DNA of 64,000 bases from the human T2T-CHM13v2.0 reference genome, Homo sapiens. The DNA lies in assembly GCF_009914755.1 (NCBI RefSeq), contig NC_060940.1; one strand, given 5' to 3'. Under the pieces are notes generated by a model. It was not told the DNA's origin. It saw only the letters and a program-made list of their open reading frames with translations, and made no database searches. Below, in pieces: positions 15,201 to 30,560 of this stretch. The position numbers and the translations under genes were made by a program. The stretch's first letter is position 1, and each line of letters opens with the position of its first letter.

Positions 15201-18200
15201 TTCGATGATGATTCCATTCCATTCCATTCGATGATTCCGTTTGATTCCATTCGATGATTCCCTTCGATTCCTTTCTTTGATGATTCCATTCCATTCCATT
15301 CAATGATTCCATTCGAATCTATTCCATGATGATTCCTTTCGATTCCATTCGCTGATGTTTCCGTTCAATTCCATTCGATGATGATTCCATTCGATTCCAT
15401 TCATTGAGGATTCCATTTGATTCCATTCAATGATGATTCCATTCTATTCCATTCAATGATTGCATTCAATTCCATTCAATGATTATCCCCTTAGAGTAAA
15501 CTCAACGATTCCATTCAATACCATTCGATGATGATTCCTTTTGAGTCCATTCAATGATTTCATTCAAGTCCATTTGATGATTCCTTTCAATTCCATTCTA
15601 TGATGATTCCATTCGAGTCCATTCGATGATTCCATTCGATTGCATTCGATGATTCCATTATATTCCATTCAACGGTGATTCCATTCGAGTCAATTCCATG
15701 ATTCCATTAGAGTACATTTAATGATTGCTTTGTTTTCAATTCGAAGATGATTACATTGGATTCCATTCTATGATACCATTCGATTCCATTCAATGATGAT
15801 TCCACTCAAATCCATTGGATGATTCCATTCGTGTCCATTCGGTGATTTCATTACATTCCATTCGAGGATGATTCCATTCGATTCCATTCGATGATTCCAT
15901 TCAATTCCATTCGATGATGATTCCATTCCATTCCATATGATCATTCCATTTGATTTCATTCGATGATGATTCCATTCGATTCGATTCGACGATTCCATTC
16001 TATTCCATTCGATGATGATTCCATTCGAGTCCATTCGATGATTCCATTCGAGTCCATTTAATGATTCCATTGGGTTCAATTCAATGATGATTACATTGGA
16101 TTCCGTTCTATGATTCCATTCAATTCCGTTCATTGACAATTTGATTCCATTCGATGATGATTCCATTTGAGTTCATTCGATGATTCTATTCGATTCTCTT
16201 CGATGGTGATTCAATTCTATTATATTGGATGATTCCATTCGATTCCATTTGATGTTGATTCAATTCGATTCTATTCGATGATGATTCCATTGGATTTCAC
16301 TTGATGATTCTATTCGATTCCATTCAATGATGATTCACTTCTCGTCCATTGGATGATTCCATTTCATTCCATTCGATGATGATTCCATTCGATTCCATTC
16401 GATGATTCCATTTGATTCCATGCGACGGTGAGCAATTCGATTCAATTCCATGATGATTCTATTTGATTCAATTAGATGATGTTTCCATTCGAATCCATTC
16501 CATGATTATTCCATTGGAATCCATTCGGCGATGATTCCATATGAGTCAATTCAATGATGATTCCATATGGGTCCGTTCGATGATAATTCCATTTGATTTC
16601 ATTCGGTGCTTCTATTCAATTCCAGTCGATGATGATTCCGTTGGAGTCCATACGATGATTCCATTTGATTTCATTTGATGATGATTCCATTCGATGATGA
16701 TTACATTGGATTCCATTCTATGATTCCATTCAATTCCATTCGTTGATGATTCGATTCCATTCAATGATGATTCCATTTGAGTTCATTCGATGATTCTATT
16801 CGATTCCGTTCGATGGTGATTCAATTCTATTATATTGGATGATTCCACTCGATTCCATTTGATGATTATTCCATTGGAGTCCACTTAGTGAATCCTTTAG
16901 ATTCTACTCGACGATGATTCCATTCGAGTCCATTCGATGATACCATTCAATTCCATTCGTTGATGCTTCCATTCAAGTGCATTCGATGATATCATTCGAT
17001 TCCATTTGATGATAATTCCATTTGATTCCGTGCGATGATTCTATTCGATTCCATTCAATGATAATTCCATTCAATTCAGTGATTCCTCTGGACTCCATTT
17101 GATGATGATTCCATTCAATGATTCCATTCGATTCTATTCGAAAATGATTCCATTTGAATCCATTTGATGATGATTCCATTAGATTCCATTTGATGATTCC
17201 ATTCGATTCCATTCGACGATGATTCCATTCGATTCCGTTTGATGATTCCATTCTATTCTATTCGATGATGATTCCATTCGATTCCATTCGATGATGATTG
17301 GATTCGATTCCATTTGATGATTTCATTTGATTCCATTCGTTAATGATTTCGATCAATTCCATTCGATGATTCCATTCGATTCCATTCGATAATGATTACA
17401 TCCGAGTCCATTCGATGATTCCCTTTGAGCCTGTTCGATAATTCCATTTGAGTCCAACCAATGATTCCATTCATTTCCATTCAATGATTCCATTCGAGTC
17501 CATTTGATCATTCCGGTAGGGTCCATTCGATGTTGATTCCATTGGAGTGCATTCGATGATTCCATTCGAGTCCATTTTAGGATTTGATTCGAGTCCTTTC
17601 GATGATTCCATTCGATTCCACTCGATGATGATTTCATTCGAGTCCATTCGACACTTCCAATCGATTCCATTTGATGATTCCATTCGAGTCCAATTGATGA
17701 TTCCATTCAATTCCATTCGATGATGATTCCGTACGATTCCATTCTGTGATGATTCCATGTGATTGCATTCAATGATGATTCCTTTCGATTGTATTCGATT
17801 ATGATTCATTTCGTGTTCATTCTATGGTTCCACAGGTTTCCATTCGTGTCCATTCCATTATTCCATTCTATTCCATTTGATGATGATTCCATTCGATTCC
17901 ATTCATTGGTGATTCCACTCAATTCCATTCAATGATTCCATTCCATTTCTTTCAACAATGATTCCATTAGTTTCTAATCGATGATCCACTTGATTCCATT
18001 TGACGACGATTCCATTCTTGTCCATTCGATGATTCCATTTGATTCCATATGATGATGATTCCATTCGATTCCATACCATGATGATTCCATTCGAGTCCAT
18101 TCAATGGTGATTCCATTCAATTCCATTCGATGATTCCTTTTGATTCCATTCGATGATGATGGCATTCGATTCCTTTCAATCATTCCCTTTGATTCCATTC

Positions 18201-18336
18201 AAAGGTGATTTCATTCAAGTCCATTCGATAATTGCATTCGATTCCATTCTATGATGATTCCATTCGAGTCCATTTGATGATTCCATTCAATTCAAGTCAA
18301 TGATGATTCCATTCGATTCCATTCGATGATTCCATT
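12225..18336 (+). repeat. 6,112-bp unit, copy 3
   Basis: ORF offsets +12224. The 72-aa pseudo-ORF is lost through a substitution near 16618. Confidence 0.97.
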
Positions 18337-21300
18337 GGATTCCATTCGATGATGATTCCATTCAAATCCATTCGATAATTCAATTCAAGTCCATTCGATG
18401 ATGATTCCAATCGAATCCATTCAAAGATTCCATTCAGTTCCATTCGATGATTCCCTTAGATTCCATTCGATGATTCCACTTGATTGCATTTACGATGATT
18501 CCATTCGATTCCATGTGATGATTCCATTCAATTCTATTCAATGATGTCTCCATTTGATTCCATTCGACCATGATTGCCTTTGATTCCATTCAATGATTCC
18601 ATTCGGTTCCGTTTGATGATGATTCCGTTCGATTCCATTTGATGATTCCATTTGATTCCATTGGATGAGTCCATTCGATTACATTCGATGATTATTCCAT
18701 TCGAGTGCATTAGATGATTCCATTCGAGTCCATTCGATGATTCCATTCGATTCCATTCGATGTTGATTCTGTTCAAATCCATTCGATGATTCCACTCGAT
18801 TCCATTCGTTGACTCCATTTGATCCCATTCGATGATTTCCTTTGATTCCCTTTGATGATCATTCCATTTGATTCAATTCGGTGATTTCATTTGATTCCAT
18901 TCAGTGATGTTTCCATTCGACTCCATTCGATGATGATTCCATTCGACTCCATTCGATTATGATTTCATTCAATTCCATTCGATAATGATTCCCTTCGAGT
19001 CCATTCGATGATTCCATTCGATTCCATTCAACGATGATTTGATTCGTGTCCATTCGATGATTCCATTTGATTCCACTTGATGATGATTCCATTCGAGTCC
19101 ATTTGATGATTCCATTCAATTCCATACTCCGATGATTTCTTTTGAGCCCACTCAATGCTTCCACTCGATTCCATATGATGATGACTCCATTCGATGAAAT
19201 TCGATGATGATTCCATTCGCTTGCTTTCGATGATGATTCCACTTGAGTCCGTTAGAAGATTCTATTCAATTACATTCCATGACGATTCCGTTCGAGTCCA
19301 TTTGATGATTCCATTAGACTCCATTCGACGATGATTCCATTCGATGTTATTCGATGATTCCATTCGATCTCATTCGATGATGATTCCATTCAACTCCATT
19401 CGATGTTTCCATTCGAGTTCATTCTATTATTCCATTAGATTCCATTCGATGATGATTCCATTCGATTCCATTTGATGATTGCATTCTATTTCATTTGATG
19501 ATGATTCCATTCGAGTCCACTCGATGATTCCATTCGAGTCCATTTAATGAATCCATTGGTTTCAATTCTATGATGATTACATTGGATTCCATTCGTTGAT
19601 GATTTCATTCGGTTCCATTCAATGATGATTCCATTCAATTCCTTTCAATGTTTCCATTCAATTCCATACGATGATGATTCCATTTGATTTGATTCGACAG
19701 TGAGCCATTCGATTCAATTCCATGACGATTCTATTTGATTCAATTGGTTGACATTTCCATTCGATTCCATTCGATGATGATTCCCTTTGATTCCGTTCAA
19801 AGATGATTCCATTCTAGCCCATTCAATCATTCCATTCGATTCTATTCAATGATGATTCCATTCATGTCGATTTGGTGATTCCATTTGACTTCATTTGATG
19901 ATGATTCCTTTCAAGTTCATTAGATGATTCCATTCGATTCCATTTGATGATGATCCCATTCGAGTCCATTCAGTGATTCCATTCGTTTCCATTCCATGAT
20001 GATTCCATTCCTTTCCATTCAATGATTCCATTCGATTCCGTTTGATGATGATTTCATTCGAGTCCATTTGATGATTCCATTTGATTCCATTCGATGATGA
20101 TTCCATTCGAGTCCATTCGATGATTCTATTCGAATCCATTTGATGATTTCCTTTAATTATATTTGGTGATGATTCCATTGGAGTCCATTCAATGATTCCA
20201 TTCTATTCCAATCGATGATGATTCCATTAGAGTCCATTTAATGATTCCATTTGATTCCAGTCTCTGATGATTACATTCGAGTCCATACGATGATTCCACT
20301 CAATTCCATATGATGATGATTCCATTTGATTCCATTCGGTGATTCCATTCTATTCTATTCAATGGTGATTCCATTCGAGTACATTAGATGATTCCATTCG
20401 ATTCCATTCAATGATGATTCTATTTGTGTCCCTTAGATGATTCCGCATGATTCCATTAGATGATGATACTATTTGAGCCCATCCAATGATTCCCTTCGAT
20501 TCCATTCGATGAGGATTCCATTCGATTCAATTCATTGGTGATTCTATTCAATTCAATTCTTTGATTCCATTCCATTCCATTCGACAATGATTCCATTCGA
20601 TTTCTTTCGATGATTCCACTCGATTCCACTTGACATTGATTCCATTCGATTCCATTCAATGATTCCATTTGATTCCAGTGGATGATGATTGCCATCGATT
20701 CCATTCGATCACTCCATTCTATTCCATTTGATGATGATTACATTCGATTCCATTTGATGATTCCATCTGATTCTATTCGAGGATTCCATTTGATTCCATT
20801 CGATGATGATTCCATTCGAGTCCATTCGATGATTTCATTCGAGTACATCCAATGATTCCATTCGAGTCCATTAGATGATTCCATTTGATTCCATTTGAAA
20901 ATGATTCTACTAGAGTCCATTCAATGACTCCATTCGAGTCCATTCAACAATTCCATTCGACTCCATTCGATGATTCCATTCGATTCCATTTGATGGTTCC
21001 ATTCGAGTCCATTTAATCATTACAGTCGAGTCCATTTGGTGATTCCACTGGATTTCTTTTGATAATGATACCATTCAATTACATTTGATGATGATCCCAT
21101 TCAATTTCATTTGATGATGATTCCATTAGAGTCCATTCGATGATTTCATTCGAGTCCCTTCATTGATTCCATCCGATTTCATTGGATGATGACTCCATTC
21201 GAGTCCATTCGATGATTCCACTCGATTCCATTAGATGACTCCATTGGAGTCCATTTGATTGTTCCATTCGATTCCATTCGATTCCTTTCGAAGATTATTC

Positions 21301-24300
21301 CATTTGAGTCCATTCGATGATGATTCCATTCCATTCCATTCGATGATTCCGTTTGATTCCATTCGATGATTCCCTTCGATTCCTTTCTTTGATGATTCCA
21401 TTCCATTCCATTCAATGATTCCATTCGAATCTATTCCATGATGATTCCTTTCGATTCCATTCGCTGATGTTTCCGTTCAATTCCATTCGATGATGATTCC
21501 ATTCGATTCCATTCATTGAGGATTCCATTTGATTCCATTCAATGATGATTCCATTCTATTCCATTCAATGATTGCATTCAATTCCATTCAATGATTATCC
21601 CCTTAGAGTAAACTCAACGATTCCATTCAATACCATTCGATGATGATTCCTTTTGAGTCCATTCAATGATTTCATTCAAGTCCATTTGATGATTCCTTTC
21701 AATTCCATTCTATGATGATTCCATTCGAGTCCATTCGATGATTCCATTCGATTGCATTCGATGATTCCATTATATTCCATTCAACAGTGATTCCATTCGA
21801 GTCAATTCCATGATTCCATTAGAGTACATTTAATGATTGCTTTGTTTTCAATTCGAAGATGATTACATTGGATTCCATTCTATGATACCATTCGATTCCA
21901 TTCAATGATGATTCCACTCAAATCCATTGGATGATTCCATTCGTGTCCATTCGGTGATTTCATTACATTCCATTCGAGGATGATTCCATTCGATTCCATT
22001 CGATGATTCCATTCAATTCCATTCGATGATGATTCCATTCCAGTCCATATGATCATTCCATTTGATTTCATTCGATGATGATTCCATTCGATTCGATTCG
22101 ACGATTCCATTCTATTCCATTCGATGATGATTCCATTCGAGTCCATTCGATGATTCCATTCGAGTCCATTTAATGATTCCATTGGGTTCAATTCAATGAT
22201 GATTACATTGGATTCCGTTCTATGATTCCATTCAATTCCGTTCATTGACAATTTGATTCCATTCGATGATGATTCCATTTGAGTTCATTCGATGATTCTA
22301 TTCGATTCTCTTCGATGGTGATTCAATTCTATTATATTGGATGATTCCATTCGATTCCATTTGATGTTGATTCAATTCGATTCTATTCGATGATGATTCC
22401 ATTGGATTTCACTTGATGATTCTATTCGATTCCATTCAATGATGATTCACTTCTCGTCCATTGGATGATTCCATTTCATTCCATTCGATGATGATTCCAT
22501 TCGATTCCATTCGATGATTCCATTTGATTCCATGCGACGGTGAGCAATTCGATTCAATTCCATGATGATTCTATTTGATTCAATTAGATGATGTTTCCAT
22601 TCGAATCCATTCCATGATTATTCCATTGGAATCCATTCGGCGATGATTCCATATGAGTCAATTCAATGATGATTCCATATGGGTCCGTTCGATGATAATT
22701 CCATTTGATTTCATTCGATGCTTCTATTCTATTCCAGTCGATGATGATTCCGTTGGAGTCCATACGATGATTCCATTTGATTTCATTTGATGATGATTCC
22801 ATTCGATGATGATTACATTGGATTCCATTCTATGATTCCATTCAATTCCATTCGTTGATGATTCGATTCCATTCAATGATGATTCCATTTGAGTTCATTC
22901 GATGATTCTATTCGATTCCGTTCGATGGTGATTCAATTCTATTATATTGGATGATTCCACTCGATTCCATTTGATGATTATTCCATTGGAGTCCACTTAG
23001 TGAATCCTTTAGATTCTACTCGACGATGATTCCATTCGAGTCCATTCGATGATACCATTCAATTCCATTCGTTGATGCTTCCATTCAAGTGCATTCGATG
23101 ATATCATTCGATTCCATTTGATGATAATTCCATTTGATTCCATGCGATGATTCTATTCGATTCCATTCAATGATAATTCCATTCAATTCAGTGATTCCTC
23201 TGGACTCCATTTGATGATGATTCCATTCAATGATTCCATTCGATTCTATTCGAAAATGATTCCATTTGAATCCATTTGATGATGATTCCATTAGATTCCA
23301 TTTGATGATTCCATTCGATTCCATTCGACGATGATTCCATTCGATTCCGTTTGATGATTCCATTCTATTCTATTCGATGATGATTCCATTCGATTCCATT
23401 CGATGATGATTGGATTCGATTCCATTTGATGATTTCATTTGATTCCATTCGTTAATGATTTCGATCAATTCCATTCGATGATTCCATTCGATTCCATTCG
23501 ATAATGATTACATCCGAGTCCATTCGATGATTCCCTTTGAGCCTGTTCGATAATTCCATTTGAGTCCAACCAATGATTCCATTCATTTCCATTCAATGAT
23601 TCCATTCGAGTCCATTTGATCATTCCGGTAGGGTCCATTCGATGTTGATTCCATTGGAGTGCATTCGATGATTCCATTCGAGTCCATTTTAGGATTTGAT
23701 TCGAGTCCTTTCGATGATTCCATTCGATTCCACTCGATGATGATTTCATTCGAGTCCATTCGACACTTCCAATCGATTCCATTTGATGATTCCATTCGAG
23801 TCCAATTGATGATTCCATTCAATTCCATTCGATGATGATTCCGTACGATTCCATTCTGTGATGATTCCATGTGATTGCATTCAATGATGATTCCTTTCGA
23901 TTGCATTCGATTATGATTCATTTCGTGTTCATTCTATGGTTCCACAGGTTTCCATTCGTGTCCATTCCATTATTCCATTCTATTCCATTTGATGATGATT
24001 CCATTCGATTCCATTCATTGGTGATTCCACTCAATTCCATTCAATGATTCCATTCCATTTCTTTCAACAATGATTCCATTAGTTTCTAATCGATGATCCA
24101 CTTGATTCCATTTGACGACGATTCCATTCTTGTCCATTCGATGATTCCATTTGATTCCATATGATGATGATTCCATTCGATTCCATACCATGATGATTCC
24201 ATTCGAGTCCATTCAATGGTGATTCCATTCAATTCCATTCGATGATTCCTTTTGATTCCATTCGATGATGATGGCATTCGATTCCTTTCAATCATTCCCT

Positions 24301-24448
24301 TTGATTCCATTCAAAGGTGATTTCATTCAAGTCCATTCGATAATTGCATTCGATTCCATTCTATGATGATTCCATTCGAGTCCATTTGATGATTCCATTC
24401 AATTCAAGTCAATGATGATTCCATTCGATTCCATTCGATGATTCCATT
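18337..24448 (+). repeat. 6,112-bp unit, copy 4
   Basis: ORF offsets +18336. Confidence 0.97.
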
Positions 24449-27400
24449 GGATTCCATTCGATGATGATTCCATTCAAATCCATTCGATAATTCAATTCAA
24501 GTCCATTCGATGATGATTCCAATCGAATCCATTCAAAGATTCCATTCAGTTCCATTCGATGATTCCCTTAGATTCCATTCGATGATTCCACTTGATTGCA
24601 TTTACGATGATTCCATTCGATTCCATGTGATGATTCCATTCAATTCTATTCAATGATGTCTCCATTTGATTCCATTCGACCATGATTGCCTTTGATTCCA
24701 TTCAATGATTCCATTCGGTTCCGTTTGATGATGATTCCGTTCGATTCCATTTGATGATTCCATTTGATTCCATTGGATGAGTCCATTCGATTACATTCGA
24801 TGATTATTCCATTCGAGTGCATTAGATGATTCCATTCGAGTCCATTCGATGATTCCATTCGATTCCATTCGATGTTGATTCTGTTCAAATCCATTCGATG
24901 ATTCCACTCGATTCCATTCGTTGACTCCATTTGATCCCATTCGATGATTTCCTTTGATTCCCTTTGATGATCATTCCATTTGATTCAATTCGGTGATTTC
25001 ATTTGATTCCATTCAGTGATGTTTCCATTCGACTCCATTCGATGATGATTCCATTCGACTCCATTCGATTATGATTTCATTCAATTCCATTCGATAATGA
25101 TTCCCTTCGAGTCCATTCGATGATTCCATTCGATTCCATTCAACGATGATTTGATTCGTGTCCATTCGATGATTCCATTTGATTCCACTTGATGATGATT
25201 CCATTCGAGTCCATTTGATGATTCCATTCAATTCCATACTCCGATGATTTCTTTTGAGCCCACTCAATGCTTCCACTCGATTCCATATGATGATGACTCC
25301 ATTCGATGAAATTCGATGATGATTCCATTCGCTTGCTTTCGATGATGATTCCACTTGAGTCCGTTAGAAGATTCTATTCAATTACATTCCAGGACGATTC
25401 CGTTCGAGTCCATTTGATGATTCCATTAGACTCCATTCGACGATGATTCCATTCGATGTTATTCGATGATTCCATTCGATCTCATTCGATGATGATTCCA
25501 TTCAACTCCATTCGATGTTTCCATTCGAGTTCATTCTATTATTCCATTAGATTCCATTCGATGATGATTCCATTCGATTCCATTTGATGATTGCATTCTA
25601 TTTCATTTGATGATGATTCCATTCGAGTCCACTCGATGATTCCATTCGAGTCCATTTAATGAATCCATTGGTTTCAATTCTATGATGATTACATTGGATT
25701 CCATTCGTTGATGATTTCATTCGGTTCCATTCAATGATGATTCCATTCAATTCCTTTCAATGTTTCCATTCAATTCCATACGATGATGATTCCATTTGAT
25801 TTGATTCGACAGTGAGCCATTCGATTCAATTCCATGATGATTCTATTTGATTCAATTGGTTGACATTTCCATTCGATTCCATTCGATGATGATTCCCTTT
25901 GATTCCGTTCAAAGATGATTCCATTCTAGCCCATTCAATCATTCCATTCGATTCTATTCAATGATGATTCCATTCATGTCGATTTGGTGATTCCATTTGA
26001 CTTCATTTGATGATGATTCCTTTCAAGTTCATTAGATGATTCCATTCGATTCCATTTGATGATGATCCCATTCGAGTCCATTCAGTGATTCCATTCGTTT
26101 CCATTCCATGATGATTCCATTCCTTTCCATTCAATGATTCCATTCGATTCCGTTTGATGATGATTTCATTCGAGTCCATTTGATGATTCCATTTGATTCC
26201 ATTCGATGATGATTCCATTCGAGTCCATTCGATGATTCTATTCGAATCCATTTGATGATTTCTTTTGATTATATTTGGTGATGATTCCATTGGAGTCCAT
26301 TCAATGATTCCATTCTATTCCAATCGATGATGATTCCATTAGAGTCCATTTAATGATTCCATTTGATTCCAGTCTCTGATGATTACATTCGAGTCCATAC
26401 GATGATTCCACTCAATTCCATATGATGATGATTCCATTTGATTCCATTCGGTGATTCCGTTCTATTCTATTCAATGGTGATTCCATTCGAGTACATTAGA
26501 TGATTCCATTCGATTCCATTCAATGATGATTCTATTTGTGTCCCTTAGATGATTCCACATGATTCCATTAGATGATGATACTATTTGAGCCCATCCAATG
26601 ATTCCCTTCGATTCCATTCGATGAGGATTCCATTCGATTCAATTCATTGGTGATTCTATTCAATTCAATTCTTTGATTCCATTCCATTCCATTCGACAAT
26701 GATTCCATTCGATTTCTTTCGATGATTCCACTCGATTCCACTTGACATTGATTCCATTCGATTCCATTCAATGATTCCATTTGATTCCAGTGGATGATGA
26801 TTGCCATCGATTCCATTCGATCACTCCATTCTATTCCATTTGATGATGATTACATTCGATTCCATTTGATGATTCCATCTGATTCTATTCGAGGATTCCA
26901 TTTGATTCCATTCGATGATGATTCCATTCGAGTCCATTCGATGATTTCATTCGAGTACATCCAATGATTCCATTCGAGTCCATTAGATGATTCCATTTGA
27001 TTCCATTTGAAAATGATTCTACTAGAGTCCATTCAATGACTCCATTCGAGTCCATTCAACAATTCCATTCGACTCCATTCGATGATTCCATTCGATTCCA
27101 TTTGATGGTTCCATTCGAGTCCATTTAATCATTACAGTCGAGTCCGTTTGGTGATTCCACTGGATTTCTTTTGATAATGATACCATTCAATTACATTTGA
27201 TGATGATCCCATTCAATTTCATTTGATGATGATTCCATTAGAGTCCATTCGATGATTTCATTCGAGTCCCTTCATTGATTCCATCCGATTTCATTGGATG
27301 ATGACTCCATTCGAGTCCATTCGATGATTCCACTCGATTCCATTAGATGACTCCATTGGAGTCCATTTGATTGTTCCATTCGATTCCATTCGATTCCTTT

Positions 27401-30400
27401 CGAAGATTATTCCATTTGAGTCCATTCGATGATGATTCCATTCCATTCCATTCGATGATTCCGTTTGATTCCATTCGATGATTCCCTTCGATTCCTTTCT
27501 TTGATGATTCCATTCCATTCCATTCAATGATTCCATTCGAATCTATTGCATGATGATTCCTTTCGATTCCATTCGCTGATGTTTCCGTTCAATTCCATTC
27601 GATGATGATTCCATTCGATTCCATTCATTGAGGATTCCATTTGATTCCATTCAATGATGATTCCATTCTATTCCATTCAATGATTGCATTCAATTCCATT
27701 CAATGATTATCCCATTAGAGTAAACTCAACGATTCCATTCAATACCATTCGATGATGATTCCTTTTGAGTCCATTCAATGATTTCATTCAAGTCCATTTG
27801 ATGATTCCTTTCAATTCCATTCTATGATGATTCCATTCGAGTCCATTCGATGATTCCATTCGATTGCATTCGATGATTCCATTATATTCCATTCAACGGT
27901 GATTCCATTCGAGTCCATTCCATGATTCCATTAGAGTACATTTAATGATTGCTTTGTTTTCAATTCGAAGATGATTACATTGGATTCCATTCTATGATAC
28001 CATTCGATTCCATTCAATGATGATTCCACTCAAATCCATTGGATGATTCCATTCGTGTCCATTCGGTGATTTCATTAGATTCCATTCGAGGATGATTCCA
28101 TTCGATTCCATTCGATGATTCCATTCAATTCCATTCGATGATGATTCCATTCCAGTCCATATGATCATTCCATTTGATTTCATTCGATGATGATTCCATT
28201 CGATTCGATTCGACGATTCCATTCTATTCCATTCGATGATGATTCCATTCGAGTCCATTCGATGATTCCATTCGAGTCCATTTAATGATTCCATTGGGTT
28301 CAATTTAATGATGATTACATTGGATTCCGTTCTATGATTCCATTCAATTCCGTTCATTGACAATTTGATTCCATTCGATGATGATTCCATTTGAGTTCAT
28401 TCGATGATTCTATTCGATTCTCTTCGATGGTGATTCAATTCTATTATATTGGATGATTCCATTCGATTCCATTTGATGTTGATTCAATTCGATTCTATTC
28501 GATGATGATTCCATTGGATTTCACTTGATGATTCTATTCGATTCCATTCAATGATGATTCACTTCTCGTCCATTGGATGATTCCATTTCATTCCATTCGA
28601 TGATGATTCCATTCGATTCCATTCGATGATTCCATTTGATTCCATTCGACGGTGAGCAATTCGATTCAATTCCATGATGATTCTATTTGGTTCAATTAGA
28701 TGATGTTTCCATTCGAATCCATTCCATGATTATTCCATTGGAATCCATTCGGCGATGATTCCATATGAGTCAATTCAATGATGATTCCATATGGGTCCGT
28801 TCGATGATAATTCCATTTGATTTCATTCGATGCTTCTATTCTATTCCAGTCGATGATGATTCCGTTGGAGTCCATACGATGATTCCATTTGATTTCATTT
28901 GATGATGGTTCCATTCGATGATGATTACATTGGATTCCATTCTATGATTCCATTCAATTCCATTCGTTGATGATTCGATTCCATTCAATGATGATTCCAT
29001 TTGAGTTCATTCGATGATTCTATTCGATTCCGTTCGATGGTGATTCAATTCTATTATATTGGATGATTCCACTCGATTCCATTTGATGATTATTCCATTG
29101 GAGTCCACTTAGTGAATCCTTTAGATTCTACTCGACGATGATTCCATTCGAGTCCATTCGATGATACCATTCAATTCCATTCGTTGATGCTTCCATTCAA
29201 GTGCATTCGATGATATCATTCGATTCCATTTGATGATAATTCCATTTGATTCCGTGCGATGATTCTATTCGATTCCATTCAATGATAATTCCATTCAATT
29301 CAGTGATTCCTCTGGACTCCATTTGATGATGATTCCATTCAATGATTCCATTCGATTCTATTCGAAAATGATTCCATTTGAATCCATTTGATGATGATTC
29401 CATTAGATTCCATTTGATGATTCCATTCGATTCCATTCGACGATGATTCCATTCGATTCCGTTTGATGATTCCATTCTATTCTATTCGATGATGATTCCA
29501 TTCGATTCCATTCGATGATGATTGGATTCGATTCCATTTGATGATTTCATTTGATTCCATTCGTTAATGATTTCGATCAATTCCATTCGATGATTCCATT
29601 CGATTCCATTTGATAATGATTACATCCGAGTCCATTCGATGATTCCCTTTGAGCCTGTTCGATAATTCCATTTGAGTCCAACCAATGATTCCATTCATTT
29701 CCATTCAATGATTCCATTCGAGTCCATTTGATCATTCCGGTAGGGTCCATTCGATGTTGATTCCATTGGAGTGCATTCGATGATTCCATTCGAGTCCATT
29801 TTAGGATTTGATTCGAGTCCTTTCGATGATTCCATTCGATTCCACTCGATGATGATTTCATTCGAGTCCATTCGACACTTCCAATCGATTCCATTTGATG
29901 ATTCCATTCGAGTCCAATTGATGATTCCATTCAATTCCATTCGATGATGATTCCGTACGATTCCATTCTGTGATGATTCCATGTGATTGCATTCAATGAT
30001 GATTCCTTTCGATTGTATTCGATTATGATTCATTTCGTGTTCATTCTATGGTTCCACAGGTTTCCATTCGTGTCCATTCCATTATTCCATTCTATTCCAT
30101 TTGATGATGATTCCATTCGATTCCATTCATTGGTGATTCCACTCAATTCCATTCAATGATTCCATTCCATTTCTTTCAACAATGATTCCATTAGTTTCTA
30201 ATCGATGATCCACTTGATTCCATTTGACGACGATTCCATTCTTGTCCATTCGATGATTCCATTTGATTCCATATGATGATGATTCCATTCGATTCCATAC
30301 CATGATGATTCCATTCGAGTCCATTCAATGGTGATTCCATTCAATTCCATTCGATGATTCCTTTTGATTCCATTCGATGATGATGGCATTCGATTCCTTT

Positions 30401-30560
30401 CAATCATTCCCTTTGATTCCATTCAAAGGTGATTTCATTCAAGTCCATTCGATAATTGCATTCGATTCCATTCTATGATGATTCCATTCGAGTCCATTTG
30501 ATGATTCCATTCAATTCAAGTCAATGATGATTCCATTCGATTCCATTCGATGATTCCATT
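24449..30560 (+). repeat. 6,112-bp unit, copy 5 (copy-2-like variants)
   Basis: ORF offsets +24448. Shares the MEPSS, IIIKLNP and NHYQ translated variants with copy 2. Confidence 0.97.
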
